Assembly: GCF_009834535.1 (NCBI RefSeq)
Contig: NC_045704.1
Coordinates: 13,268,001 to 13,332,000 of the forward strand
DNA from: Camelus ferus
Taxonomy: Eukaryota
Direction: 5' to 3'
DNA length: 64,000 nucleotides
Shown here: piece after piece, positions 23,943 through 36,545 of the stretch
Numbering within the stretch: the stretch's first letter is position 1
Layout: every line of letters begins with the position of its first letter
Program-made: the position numbers and the translations under genes
The notes under the pieces: model-generated
Database searches by the model: none
What the model was told of the DNA's origin: nothing
What the model saw: the letters and a program-made list of their open reading frames with translations, nothing else

Positions 23943-24444
23943 TATTTGATGTTCTGGAAAAGGCAAAACTACAAGGACAGAGGGAGAGAAAGCAGAGCAT
24001 TAGTTTCCAAGAGCTGGAAGTGGGGGAAGCAGTTGACTACAAAGGGAAGGAGGGAACTTTGAAAGAGGGACAGATGTGTTTTTTATTCTTATTGTAGTGG
24101 CAGTTACCTGACTCTATACATGGCCAAAATTCATAGAGGTGTACACTATTAAGGGTAAATTTTATTGCATATAAATTAAACCTCAATAAACTTGACAGAA
24201 CAAAACAAGTGGCTTCCCCAAATGCTCACTAATTACAAAGGGAAAACAGTAATAACTCCAATGGAGAAACCTAGCAGATGCTACCCTAACCAAATGATCA
24301 AAATTAACATCACTCGTGATAAGATATATCAGAATCTTATGCCTCCAGTTTGATGTGATGAGAAGAGAACTTCACCTCCCATTTTCCCTCTTCCCCCCAA
24401 AAACCTCTGTAATCTCAATCTAATCAATATAAAACACCAAAGAA

Positions 24445-24832
24445 GTAAGTCAGAGAAAGACAAATATCATATAATATCATTTATATGTGGAATATAAAAA
24501 AATGACACAAATGAACTTATTTACAACACAAAAACAATCACAGACATAGAAAACAAACTAATGGCTACCAGGGAAAGGAGGGGAAGTGGATGAATAAATT
24601 GAGAATTCAGGATTTGCAGATGCTAACTACTATATATAAAATAGATAAACAACAAGGTCCTACTGTATAGCACAGTATTCAGTACCTTGTAATAGCCTCT
24701 AGTGAAAAAGAATATGAAAAGGAATATATATAAATATATAATTGAATCACTATGCCGTACACCAGAAATTAACACAACATTGTAAACTGACTACACTTCA
24801 ATAAAAATAATAATAAATAAAAAACAAACAAT
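24445..24832 (+). mobile_element. 5'-truncated LINE-1 3' end
   Basis: agagaaagacaaatatcat...gaaaacaaactaatggctaccagg...ttgtaaactgactacacttcaataaaaa tail. Confidence 0.8.
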
Positions 24833-25290
24833 AAATATAAAAGACCAAATAAATGTAAATTGAGGAGCAGTACAGAATAACTGACCAGTAATCTTCAAAA
24901 TGTTGAGGTCATTGAAGACAAGGAAAAAGTAAGAAATGACTGCAGAATTGCAGGGGACTAAGAGGGTATGACAGTTAAATGCCATATGGAATCCTGGATT
25001 GGATCCTGGAATGGAGAAAGGACATGAATGGAAAAAAACCGAGGCAATCTGAGCATCATGTAGTCAATAGTATTGTACCAATGTCAGTTTCCTCATCAGT
25101 TCCTTCATTTTAACAAACAAACCACAACAATGTAAGTTGTTAACATGAGTGGGAAACTGGGAGAAGGGTATCATGAACTCTCTGTTATCTTTCAACTCTT
25201 TTGTGAGTCTGAAAATATTTCCAAATTAAAACAAAATGATTTTATTATAGCCCAGGAATGACAGGAATGATACTGAGGAATGGGGAACCA

Positions 25291-25782
25291 TCTGTGTTAG
25301 TTTCCTATTGCTGCTGTAACAAATTCCCACAAACTTCGTGGCTTAAAACCACATGCATTTATTATGATATAGTTCTGGAGGTGAGAATTCTAAAATGGGT
25401 CCACAGGGCTATGTTCCTTCTGGATGCTCTAGGAGAGAATTCATTTCCTTGCCTTCTTCAGCTTCTAGGAGCCACTTACATTCCCTGGCTCATGGTCCCT
25501 TCCTCCATCTTCAAAGTCAGCAGTGTAGCATCTTCTCTCCGCTCTGACCTCTGCTTCTATCCTCACATCATCTATGAATCTGACCTTCCTGCCTCCCTCT
25601 TATAAGGACCCTTGTGTTACAATGGGCACATCCAGATCATCTGCGATAGTCTCCCTAACTCAAAATTAATTTAATCAAATCCATAAAGTCCCTTTTGCTA
25701 CATAAAATATCCTAAAGTTCCAGAATTAGGACATGGACATCTTTGCAGGGGGCAGGGGAAGGCATAATTCTGCCTCTCATAC
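25291..25782 (-). mobile_element. MLT1-type MaLR LTR
   Basis: tgtgttagtttcctattgctgctgtaacaaattcccacaaactt start, typical of MLT1. Confidence 0.7.
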
Positions 25783-26404
25783 AAATGACACAGGAGAATT
25801 AGGAGTGATGACTGGAGCAGAGTCTGCAGGTAGAACAGGAAAAAGGGACCCCAGACACAAAGCAAGACGTTGGTCTTGGGTCTGGTGGGATGGATGAAAA
25901 GCAGAGCATCTGGGCAGCTGACAGAATGAGCTGTGGGGAAATAAAGTGTTCTGGCAGCTTCTGTGTTTTCAGGGGAATGAGGTGTGAGCGGACCTGCTGA
26001 CCAAATGAGGGTGAGGAGGGCCTGGGTGTTGTGGGGGTTTGAGGAGAAGGAAGATGGGTAACAACCATCTTGAGGGAGCTGAGGGTACAATGACGAGGAA
26101 CCTGGAGCAGGGTGGCAGGCAGGGGTCCAGCCCCCCTCAGGGCCCCCTGGGAAGGCACGAAGTAAGTGAGAAGATTTACTAGGGTGATGATTTGGCCCCA
26201 ACAGTGCCCTGGAGGGGGTCATAGGCAAAGGAGGTAAAGACATGCACAAGAGAGTGACTTTATTGGTGGACTATGGAACAGTGGGAACCATGACAGAGAA
26301 CCGGTGCAGAATTTCTTTGGGGGGACAACAGAAATGTTCTAAAACTGATTGTGGTGATGGAAGCACAAGTCTTATGAATAGAGAAAAAGTCATTGTGTCA
26401 CACA

Positions 26405-26850
26405 CTTTATTTTTTTAAATTGAAGTATAGTTGATTTACAATGTTGTGTTAGTTTCTGTTGTACAGCATAGTGATTCAGTTATGTACTTTTTCAGTTATC
26501 TTCTTTTTCATTATGGGTTATTACCAGGTATTGACTATAGTTCCCTGTGCTCTACAGTAGGACCTTGTAGTTTATCTATTCTGTATCTAGTAGTGTGTAT
26601 CTTCTCATATCAAATTCCTAATTTATCCCTTAACCCCCACCCTTTCCCCTTTGGTAACCATGAGTTTGTTTTCTATGTCTGTGTCTGTTTCTGTTTGGTA
26701 CATAAGCTCATTTGTGTCATTTTTTTTAAAGATTCCACATGTAAGTAATATCATATGATATTTGTCTTTGTCTGACTTTCTTCACTAAGTATGATCATCT
26801 CTAAGTCAATCTATGTTACTGCAAATGGTATTATTTCATTCTTTTGTGTC
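26405..26850 (-). mobile_element. 5'-truncated LINE-1 3' end
   Basis: ttttttaaattgaagtatagttgatttacaatgttgtgttagtttctg... is the reverse complement of the L1 tail. Confidence 0.8.
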
Positions 26851-28035
26851 GTATACTTTAAATGGGTAAATTTATGGTAAATGAATTGGAGCTCAATAAA
26901 ACTTAAGAAAAGGAAGGAAGGAAGGAAAGAAAAAAGGAAAGAAGGAGAGAAAGAAGGAAGAGACTGGGGTAGGGTGAAGGGCAGGATGGATAGAGATGAT
27001 GGGCTCAGAGTACCGACGGGCCATGTTCGGATTATCTATTATTGTGGTGTGTGTAACCAACCACCCAAAGACTGGGTGACTGAAAACAACAAAGATCATT
27101 TATTTAGCCCCCAAGCCTGCGATCTGGCAGGGCTTGGAGGGGGAAGGCTTATCTCTGCTCCAGAAGCATCAGGGCAGGTAGCCCGCTGGGTGGGAGGACG
27201 TTCTTCTAAGACTGCTCAGTCACGTGACTGCCGGCCAGTGCTGGTAATCAGCTGTGAGTCCAGTCAGGACCCGGGAACCTAGGGTCCTCTCCATGTAGGC
27301 TTTGCACAAGTGTCCCAAGGAAAAGGGTGGGGTGGAAAGTTGCCCTTTAGGCTCTAACCTCAGAAATCACACAGTGTTCCTTTTGAGGTGGTCTATTAGT
27401 TGAAGGACTCACCAAAAGCCGGGGACAAAGACTCCACAAGATAGGGCGAGGTTTGGACTATACTGTAGCACAAAAAATATGGCCCTTTTAGGAAAAGACA
27501 ATCCATCACAGGCCAGGTTTTGGCAGAATCATCTATGGGGCTATTAAAATGACTAAAAGTCATGACAGTAGTTTTAAAGGGATGGATGTGGAGCCAGGAT
27601 CTAAAATCTTCTACGGGAGAGTGGGAGTGGCCAGAAGGGGAAGGGATGAGTTCTTTAGGGAAGGCTGGGAAGAGGTGTCCATGGATAACTTGAGCTTCAA
27701 AGGGGCTGAGAGAGGGAGAGTTGTCTGGAAAGGGCAAAAAGGAACACCCACCGCCAGGCTAAGTGGTAGGAGGGTGTAAGAGACAGGCGGCAGGTGCAGG
27801 GAGGAGGAGGGGTCAGTTCACACACAGAGTTCAGAAACCCACAAAGAGGGGTCTCTGTAGGTTCTGAGAATGAGAAAATAGAGAAGACAGAGGAGAAAGG
27901 GGGCTGACCAGAGAGGGAAGGAGAAAGACCTTTAGTGTCTCTCTCCACTCCTCCAGCAGAGGGCGCCTAGGGCCTCATTCCTTGGAGTCCGGGTGACCAA
28001 TCCGCACCAGTTCCCCTCAAGCGCATCCGAAGGGG

Positions 28036-28045
28036 CTATTTTTAA
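28036..28045. promoter_or_regulatory. MEF2 consensus site upstream of KCNA7
   Basis: CTATTTTTAA matches YTAWWWWTAR; E-box CACCTG at 28140-28145. Confidence 0.45.
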
Positions 28046-29169
28046 GCGGTGTCATAGGACACCGGTGGCTGGAAGGCCATCGTCTGTCTGTCCTTCGGCC
28101 CCTTTGAGTGACCCTGCGGCATCTCTCCAGCCCACCCCCCACCTGTTCCTGGTAGGCCCGGTCTCCTTTTGCACTATTCAGGGCTACGGCCCAGGCCTTG
28201 CTGGGTCAGAATGTCTTCAGGTGGAGATCCCGGGGGAGACCCGAGCGAGGGGACCCGGTGTGTGTGTGTGTGGGGGGGGGGCACATGCTTGTGATCGCAG
28301 CTGCTGGAGCGTCCCTAGGATGGGGCCACCACCAGGATGTGGCAGAATCAACCTCGAATGATGGACAGAGAGAGATTCAGAGATAGGACTCCGGAGACCC
28401 TGAGTCCTCCAGAGGCCCTGAGACAGAGACTTGCAGTAATTCAGAGATACAGGGAAAGAAAGACCCAAAGGGCTGAACGATAATGAGAGAAAAGAGACCC
28501 AGAGAAGAGACAGAGTCCAAGGGAGACAAGAGATAAACAGACAGAGATCCAAGAATCAAAACGAAGACGGAGATTCCGAGAGACCAAGACACAGAGACTG
28601 ACAGGAATCCCCAGGCACAGGTGACCCTAGAACGGCAAAACTCAGAGATAAATGACCCGTTGAGATACTCAGAGATACATTCCTGAGGTCAGAAATACAG
28701 AAGGATACATAGCTAGATGCGGAGGCATACAAGAGGAGAGAGACAGACAGAGACAGAAAGAGATGGAAATTTGTGACTGCAACAGAGGGACTCAGATACT
28801 CATTAAAAAAAAATAGACGAGACACACATGGAAATCCGGAGAGACGCAGGACAGAGATCGCAGGCGACAGAGAGACAGAGGGAAAGGGGATGTGAAGACT
28901 GGATGGACTCGGAGAAAGCACAGCCCGGCGGCGGCTTGGGGGAAGGGGCGGGCGCCCCGGCAGAGGGCGCGCGGCCGCCCTCTGCCCCGCCAGGGTCACG
29001 GCGCCCCCTCCCCCGCGCCCTGGCCGCACGGCCGGGCTATTTTTACGCGTGGACACCGGACACCAGGCTGGGGCGGCGGCGGCGGCGGCGGCCGAGGAGG
29101 GGCCGGGCCGGGCCGGGTCGGGCGTCGGGNNNNNNNNNNNNNNNNNNNNNNNNNNNNNNNNNNNNNNNN

Positions 29170-31624
29170 NNNNNNNNNNNNNNNNNNNNNNNNNNNNNNN
29201 NNNNNNNNNNNNNNNNNNNNNNNNNNNNNNNNNNNNNNNNNNNNNNNNNNNNNNNNNNNNNNNNNNNNNNNNNNNNNNNNNNNNNNNNNNNNNNNNNNNN
29301 NCGCAGCCGCTTCTACGACGGCGCGCGCCGCGAGTACTTCTTCGACCGGCACCGGCCCAGCTTCGACGCGGTGCTCTACTACTACCAGTCCGGCGGCCGG
29401 CTGAGGCGGCCGGCGCACGTGCCACTCGACGTCTTCCTGGAGGAGGTGGCCTTCTACGGTCTGGGCGCGGCGGCGCTAGCGCGCCTGCGCGAGGACGAGG
29501 GCTGCCCCTTGCCGTCCGAGCGCCCACTGCCCCGCCGCGCCTTTGCGCGCCAGCTCTGGCTGCTCTTCGAGTTCCCCGAGAGCTCGCAGGCCGCGCGCGT
29601 GCTCGCCGTCGTCTCTGTGCTTGTCATCCTTGTCTCCATCGTCGTCTTCTGCCTCGAGACACTGCCCGACTTCCGCGATGACCGCGACAACCCGGGGCTC
29701 GCCGCGGTGGCTGCCGCTGGCCCGGTGAGGGGGCGGGGCCTGAATGGGAAGAGGCGGGGTTTGGGAGGAGCTAGACGGGGTCCACAGGGACCTGACCAAT
29801 CATAAGATGGGGTAAGGGGCAATGGGAGGCGGGGCATCTCAGGAAGGTGGGGCCTGGATCTGGGTGGTCAGGGCATTGGGGGGCCTGGGTGGGAAGACCT
29901 AGCCAATCATAGATGGGCAAGGGGCCGTGAGAGGTGGGCAACCCAGGGGTAGTGCCTGACCAGGGGACTCTACCGTGAAAAAATGGGCTGGGGGCAGGAA
30001 GATATAGCCTGAGGATCTGGCTAGGAGGACCTGCCCTATCTGAAGGGGGGAGATGAGGTAGGGGAGAAACATGGCTTGTGGAGGGCAGGAGGGCTAGAGG
30101 ACAGGTACATTAAGAAATCGAAACTGAGAGGGAGGGTATAGCTCAGTGGTAGGGCGCATGCTTAGCATGGATGAGATCCTGTGTTCAACCCCCAGTACCA
30201 CCACTTAAAATAAATAAACCTAATTATCTCCCCTCGCAAATTTAAGGGGAGCCTGAAAAATAAGGGGTCTATATGGCTGGCAGTTCCCAATGGTAAGGAT
30301 GGGCTGGAGGTGGAGAGATCTGGGTCCTGAAAGCGGCTGAAGGAGCTGAAGATGATGGATGGGGCTTAAGGGCTGGGTCAAGAGGACTCCATCATAAAAA
30401 AGTCAAACTGAGAGCAGTGAGAGGAGGGGCCCGGATTTTGACATACAGATAAGGTCTGGGCTGGGTTTGGGGAGGGCAGGGCACAAGGGAGTGGGGCCAG
30501 GGCAGGGCCCCCCTCATCTGGAAAATCAGCTGGGGGCCAGATTTTGGGAGGGAAGGGGTTCAGCCCTACTCAAGCATCATTTCAGGAGGCCTTGCCAGTG
30601 AAGGATCAAGGAACCTAAAGTCAGCCTTCCAGGGATGATCCCTGTGGTCCTGGGAAGGAGTCTGTGACAGCTGGGTCACTGGGGTTCTAGGGAAAGCAGC
30701 TATTGACCAATTTTTAAAGAAGTAGTTGAATATTTAAACATTGAATATGGCCATTCCAGTGTGTCCCAGCCCTGGCATGGTCCTCCCTGAATCTCTTCCT
30801 CCCTACAGTTCCCGGCTCGACTGAACGGCTCCAGCCCAGTGCCTGGACCCACACCTCGCTTGCCCTTCGATGACCCGTTCTTTGTGGTGGAGACGTTGTG
30901 CATCTGTTGGTTCTCCTTCGAGCTGCTGGTGCGCCTGGCAACCTGCCCAAGCAAGACAGCCTTCTTCAAGAATGTGATGAACCTCATCGATTTCGTGGCC
31001 ATCCTGCCCTATTTTGTGGCACTGGGTACCGAGCTGGCCCGGCAGCGGGGGGTGGGCCAGCCAGCCATGTCATTGGCCATCCTTCGAGTCATCCGACTAG
31101 TGCGCGTCTTCCGCATCTTCAAGCTGTCCCGACACTCCAAGGGCCTGCAGATCTTGGGCCAGACCCTACGAGCCTCCATGCGTGAGCTGGGCCTCCTCAT
31201 CTTCTTCCTCTTCATTGGTGTGGTCCTCTTCTCCAGCGCAGTCTACTTTGCTGAGGTTGACCGGGCAGACTCCCATTTCACCAGCATCCCTGAGTCCTTC
31301 TGGTGGGCAGTGGTCACCATGACCACAGTTGGCTATGGAGACATGGCACCCGTCACTGTGGGTGGCAAGATAGTGGGCTCTCTGTGCGCCATCGCAGGCG
31401 TGCTGACCATTTCCCTGCCTGTTCCAGTTATTGTCTCCAACTTCAGCTACTTTTACCACCGGGAGACAGAGGGTGAAGAGGCTGGGATGTTCAGCCATGT
31501 GGACACACAGCCCTGTGGCCCACTGGAGGGCAAGGTCAATGGGGGTTTGGTGGATCGAGAGGTGCCTGAGCTACCACCTCCACTCTGGGCACCCCCTGGG
31601 AAACATATGGTCACTGAAGTGTGA
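29170..31624 (+). CDS. KCNA7: Kv1.7 voltage-gated K+ channel, join(~29170 [in gap]-29724,30809-31624), about 456 aa
   Basis: T1 domain ([32 protein letters not shown]), S4 [17 protein letters not shown], pore [16 protein letters not shown]-terminal VTEV. The start codon lies in N-gap 29130-29301; 44 missing codons place it near 29170. Confidence 0.96.
29302..29724 (+). CDS. KCNA7: KCNA7 exon 1, visible coding part
   Basis: 141 in-frame codons ending CCG|gtgagg. Confidence 0.95.
30128..30240 (+). mobile_element. tRNA-derived SINE (camelid-type) in the KCNA7 intron
   Basis: gggagggtatagctcagtggtagggcgcatgcttagcatg...aaataaataaacctaattatctc. Confidence 0.85.
30809..31624 (+). CDS. KCNA7: KCNA7 exon 2 coding part
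   Basis: ccctacag acceptor; 272 codons to TGA. Confidence 0.96.
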   Translation, partial: FPARLNGSSPVPGPTPRLPFDDPFFVVETLCICWFSFELLVRLATCPSKTAFFKNVMNLIDFVAILPYFVALGTELARQRGVGQPAMSLAILRVIRLVRVFRIFKLSRHSKGLQILGQTLRASMRELGLLIFFLFIGVVLFSSAVYFAEVDRADSHFTSIPESFWWAVVTMTTVGYGDMAPVTVGGKIVGSLCAIAGVLTISLPVPVIVSNFSYFYHRETEGEEAGMFSHVDTQPCGPLEGKVNGGLVDREVPELPPPLWAPPGKHMVTEV

Positions 31625-31719
31625 GGGACAGTTGAGGTCTGCGGGACCTCATGTTTCCTTGGAGGGAGGGATGGAGGGAGGGGCAGAGGGGAAGATGGGG
31701 GGAGGGGGTTGGGTTTAGG

Positions 31720-32520
31720 AAGAACTAAGTTAGGTGGTAATGAGCTGGGAACACTAAATCTTGTTGGGTCTTGAGTTGTGGTTTGGTAGCTCCTGTGGGT
31801 ACCTCCTTAGGTGACAATGAATGGCAATGGCTTGTGCTGAGTTGAGGGGGAGATTCCATTGGTTTGTATTGCATTGGGCTGTGCAAAACTTGTGGAGCCT
31901 TTGGGGTAGTGTTGAGATAGGTTTGGTCACATAGTTTTGTGAGTTTCTTAGTTCCATGTTGGGTTGGGTTAGGTGGCGAGTCTGGGTGAGTCTTGTCCAA
32001 CTGCATTGTGCAGGACTCTGTGGTTTTATGAATCCCCTAGGGCCATGCTAAGGTGGTCACCCATGGCATTGTTGGGACTGCATAGTGTTGTGGAGTTGAG
32101 TTGAGACATGGTGGAAACCGTGTGGCTTTATGATCCTTCTAGGGCCATGTTATTTTAGGTTCTGTGAACTTGTGAGTTATGTAGAAATACAAATAGTCAA
32201 GTGATAAAATGGGAGCTTTCTAGGTCACATTAGGTTAAGTTGGGTTGGAATGTATGACCATGGGAGTCTTTCAGGGTTCTGTTGTGCTGAATTGTGTAGA
32301 GTTATGTGGCTGGAAGTTTCTCAGGGCTACGCTGAGTTGAGTCATAATGAGTTGTATAATCATGTGAGTCTTGTGGGGCCAGTTCAGTTGGGTGGTACAA
32401 CTGTTTTGAGTCTCATAGGGCCGTACTGAGTTGAGTTACAAGTTGTATCGTTGAGTCCTGCAGGAATGTTGGGTTAAGTTGAACTGTATGTATGAGCTCC
32501 ATAGGGCCATGTTGGTTTGT
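31720..32520 (+). repeat. Degenerate G/T-rich tandem repeat in the KCNA7 3' UTR
   Basis: Recurring tagggccatg (32038, 32140, 32502; variant at 32416) and gagttgag units. Confidence 0.55.
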
Positions 32521-34349
32521 GTTTGCATTTAGTAGCAGTACTAGGACCCAAGGATAAGAGCACTGAGAAGGAATCATGTATCAAGGAGCGAATGTGGTGT
32601 GTGGGCAAACTGAACTGGCTTGCCCAGTGTCACTCACTGTAAGGGGCAGGGCTGGGGGCTGTAGATTCAGGTGTTCATGCAGAGGGACTCTGGATAAACT
32701 AGGAAGATGTAGCGGCTCCTTCCATTTACCCCACATCTGCTTTGTTTTGCCATTCAAACCTCTTCTCCACCTGTCTTCTCCACAGAGTTTGGCTTACAGA
32801 CTCTTGAATGGAGATCAGAGCCACAAGGGCAGGGGAAATGGGGAGAAAGTGTTTGTAGAAAGTGTTTGGAGAAAATCTTTCTGTCCCTGTCCCCCCCAAC
32901 ATGATGGGGGGACAGAAACTCAAGAGAGGGGGACAGACAGCTGGAGAGGGATAGAGACCCAGAGAAAGAAGAGATACCCAAAGAAGAGACAGAGACCCAG
33001 AGGAAGGAGATAGAGACCCAGGGGGGCGGGTGTCAGACACCCAGAGAGAGAGGATCAGAGACCCAGAGTTGGAAAGAGACCAGAGCACCCCAGAGAAAGA
33101 GAACCAGAAAAGAAACAGGCAGAAAAAGTCAGTGCCCCCGAACTGAACCCAAGAGAAACGCTGTCTCTCTTCCATAGGATCACAAAGGAATCCCAAATCA
33201 TGGCAAGCCACCCCCTCCTCCTGCAGCATAAGAAGTCAGCCAGACGAGCTTCAGGGCCCGCTCTCTTTTCCTGGGGAGAAACCAGATTCTCAGAGCATGG
33301 GAGTGGCTTCCCGAGGTCCCATGGCATGTCCCCGGGGGCCAAGACTTGTGGCCAGCCGCGTGACCCCACATGTCCCCATCCGCCTGCCGGTACACACAGG
33401 ACCTCCCCAGTCCAACAGCTTCACGTCTCACAAATGAGGCAACCGAGGCTCAGAGGGCAGGGTGTTATCCAAGGTCACAAAACCTTTTCAGAGATCTTTC
33501 AGTACTAAAAGGGCATTTGGAGGACGAAGAGGACGGTTAAATCACTAACACATATAGGACTTCCTATGTGGCAGGTATTATTCAAAGTACTTGTATAAAT
33601 TTATTAAAATCCATTCAGTGGTTTACAGAGAGTTGTCATTGTTATTTTTAGCTCTAACCCCCTCCCCCTTTCTTTTTTGGTCAAATGAAAGCTTACTTAG
33701 AAGCAAGAGTGTCGTATCAGAAGGGAGCTGTTTGAGGGGGACGTTCCCCTCACGGAGTCTCTCTTGGCAACTCAGAAAGCAGCTAGGAAATTCAGTCTGG
33801 AACCCCCTGATTTAATCCAACCACCTTTTTCACAGAGCGAGAGAAGAAGGGACAGATTGTGGGAAGAGTTTGATAAAGGTCGAAAATAATATAACCTTTA
33901 AATAATATAACACTTCTCTCTGAAATGGAGAGGAAGGCACATTTGGAGACAGAAACGGAGACAGACCGTCTCCCCTTCCATGGTGACAGACACAAGGCAG
34001 AGTCTGGGAAGCAGGCACAGAGCCCAGTACAGGGACCTGAGGAAGAGACACATGCAGAGAGGACCCAAGACCCAGCGAGAGGACAGAGATGCCCAAGGGG
34101 AGTTGGGAGAGCAGGAGAGAAGAGGGGATAGGGACTCAGAGAGAGAGGGTGGGGACAGAGACTGTTTCCCAGTTAACTCTTCTGTGAAAACTCACCCCTC
34201 CTACCCCATTAGAGACTGGAGATTCCACAGAGATCCTCTGGTGGGGGGTGGGGCACGTTGGGTGCTTAGGGATGCGGGAAGCATGGAGAGGTCAGGGAAG
34301 TGACCTGAGTGGACACTCAAAGTCTGGGAAGTGCCCCTCCCCCACCCCC

Positions 34350-34355
34350 AATAAA
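34350..34355 (+). terminator. Candidate KCNA7 poly(A) signal
   Basis: First AATAAA found after the stop (an ATTAAA is at 33603-33608), giving a 3' UTR of about 2.7 kb. Confidence 0.4.
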
Positions 34356-35249
34356 CAACTGCGGCCGCCTTCTATGTGGCCTTGGCTGGGATGGCAAGAG
34401 GTGAGGGGAACACCCTAATCCGGGGACACCCTTCCTGCCCCCTTGCCATGCTATATTTAGGATGAGGGAGGGGTACGGGGTGACCCCCCCACCCACCCAA
34501 AGCGGGTGTCAGCTTTCCTCCTGAAAATAGCTCAGGGGTAGGGTGAAGGGCCCCACAGTAGGTCTGTCCTGGGACTCCAACTCCTGTCTGATCTCCCTCT
34601 GTCTTAAGGTCTCTTTCTCTGGGTCTCTGTCCACTTTGTGGGATTCTGTCCCCTTTCCTCAGTGTGTCTTTCCCCCTTTCTCTGGGTCTGTGTCTTCTCT
34701 TTCTGGGTTTCTGTCCCCCTCTTTCTCTTGGCGTCTGTCCCCTCTTCCTCTCTGTTTTTGTCCCTTTTCCAGTCTCCCTTCATCTGTCACTATCCCTTTT
34801 CTTTCTCTAAGCAGGTCATTCTCTTCCCAAATCATATCTTTGTCTATCTCCGAGTCCTGTAACACCTTGAATTTCTCTTATCTGAACTCAGGACAAGACC
34901 CTCTCCCCAGTCCCCACCCAGGAAATTCCAGCAGAGACGACAATGTGGGAGAGCCCCCCACATCCACCCCACCGTCCCCTCGGGCCTCGGGCCTTATCTC
35001 TGCCCAAGCCCAGCTGGTTAATGTCTGGCCTGGAGCTCCTGGGAGAGCTGGGGATGAGAGCAGAGAGTGGGAATCTGCCCGGGGATTGACACTTAACTGG
35101 CAAAAGTACNNNNNNNNNNNNNNNNNNNNNNNNNNNNNNNNNNNNNNNNNNNNNNNNNNNNNNNNNNNNNNNNNNNNNNNNNNNNNNNNNNNNNNNNNNN
35201 NNNNNNNNNNNNNNNNNNNNNNNNNNNNNNNNNNNNNNNNNNNNTCCTG

Positions 35250-35506
35250 GGACTGAGGCGGGCCGAGGGCTGAGGGAGCCAGGCCGGGCTGCCGAGGTCT
35301 CGGCACGCGTGTGGAAGGCGGGATCCCCCGGCCCCTCCTCCGCCGTCGGGCGCCGCCCCGCCCCCGCCCCCGACCCGGGCCCTCCAGAGCGTGTGCAGCG
35401 AGGAGCCGGCGGGCGAGCGGGCGTCTCTGCAGCCGGCGAGCAGGAGGAGGAGGAGCCGCCGCCGCAGCGCCAGGGGCAGCCAGGGGAGCCGAGGAGGGCG
35501 CCCCAG
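35250..35506 (+). other. NTF4: Candidate NTF4 non-coding first exon in a CpG island
   Basis: GC-rich stretch ending CCCCAG|GTAAGA at 35506/35507. The 5' end is uncertain because of N-gap 35110-35244. Confidence 0.5.
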
Positions 35507-35719
35507 GTAAGAGCCTCCACGCCTCCTTCCCCGGGATTCCGGCGTCTGGATCGCCCTGCCCCCGGGTAGGGAGGTACGGGGGCGGGGCCGGCAGGGGCGG
35601 GGCTTCGCGGAGGAAACTGAGGCAGGAGTAAAGTGTCCCAGATGGACCGCCCGTCACCCCCAGCAGGACCCCAGAAGTCCAGACCCCCGGCTAAACCTTC
35701 TGGGGGCGGAGGGTCCTAG

Positions 35720-36050
35720 GAGTCCGTATTTCTCAGTACCTGGGGAGGAGGGACCTGAACTCCAGAACTGCAGAGTCCGAGGGAGGAGGGCACTGGGGGT
35801 CTGGACTCCTGGGTCTGAGAAAAGGGATTTGGGGGCCTGGACTCCTGTATCTGAGGGTGGAAGCTGGATGCCTGGGCTCCTGAAGGAGGAGGCAGCTGGG
35901 GCCCAGGGCTCTTGGGTCTAAGGGAGGAGGGGGTGATAGTCTGGACTCCAAAGGAAGGGGGCAGCTGGAGACCAGGACTCCTGATCTGAGGCGGGAGGCC
36001 ACTGGGGACCAGGACTCCTGATATGAGGGAAGAGGCAGCTGGGAACCTCC
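35720..36050 (+). repeat. MSR1-like ~37-bp minisatellite array (about 8 degenerate units)
   Basis: Units such as gagggaggagggcactgggggtctggactcctgggtctga resemble the recalled MSR1 consensus GGAGGAGGGGCTGGGGGCCTGGACTCCTGGGTCTGAG. Confidence 0.7.
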
Positions 36051-36545
36051 ACTTCTGGTTCTGGTTGGGTCAACATGTGTCCCTCTTCACATTTCTCCCT
36101 TCCCATTCCCCCATCTCCCAGCCAGGGCAGGCAGCTACTCCAGGTATGTGCAGTAGAAGTCTTGGACGGGCCCTGGCCTGTCCTGTGAGGAGAGAACATT
36201 CCAGGAAGCAGCCTCGGGGACCCAGGGCTTCTTGAGTGTGGGCCCTCGGGGACCCGGGTGTCCAGGCCAGCCCCACCCCCACCCCGTCTGAGAGATGAAT
36301 GAGCTGAGGAGGATGTAATCTTTTCCAGCCTCCTCCATCCTCAGCCCCTCCCCTCCCCTCCCCTCTCCGCCCCCCATCTGCTTTCCATCCAGGAACCATC
36401 ACCTGAGCAGGGCAGGGGCCTCTGGGAGTAGGGGGTGCAGCCTTGACTCTTGGTACCCTACACTTTAAGAGGAACACGGAGAAGGGGAGTGTTCAGGCCT
36501 CCTGCCCCACCTGCCTCTAACCTGCCTGTTTCCTTCTTCCCCTAG

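Noticed and set aside
28340-28900. AGAGAC-rich tracts (also 32880-33130, 33930-34160, inverted at 34590-34880)
   Set aside because: Low-complexity purine-rich sequence with no fixed unit or spacers; not a CRISPR-like array and not coding.
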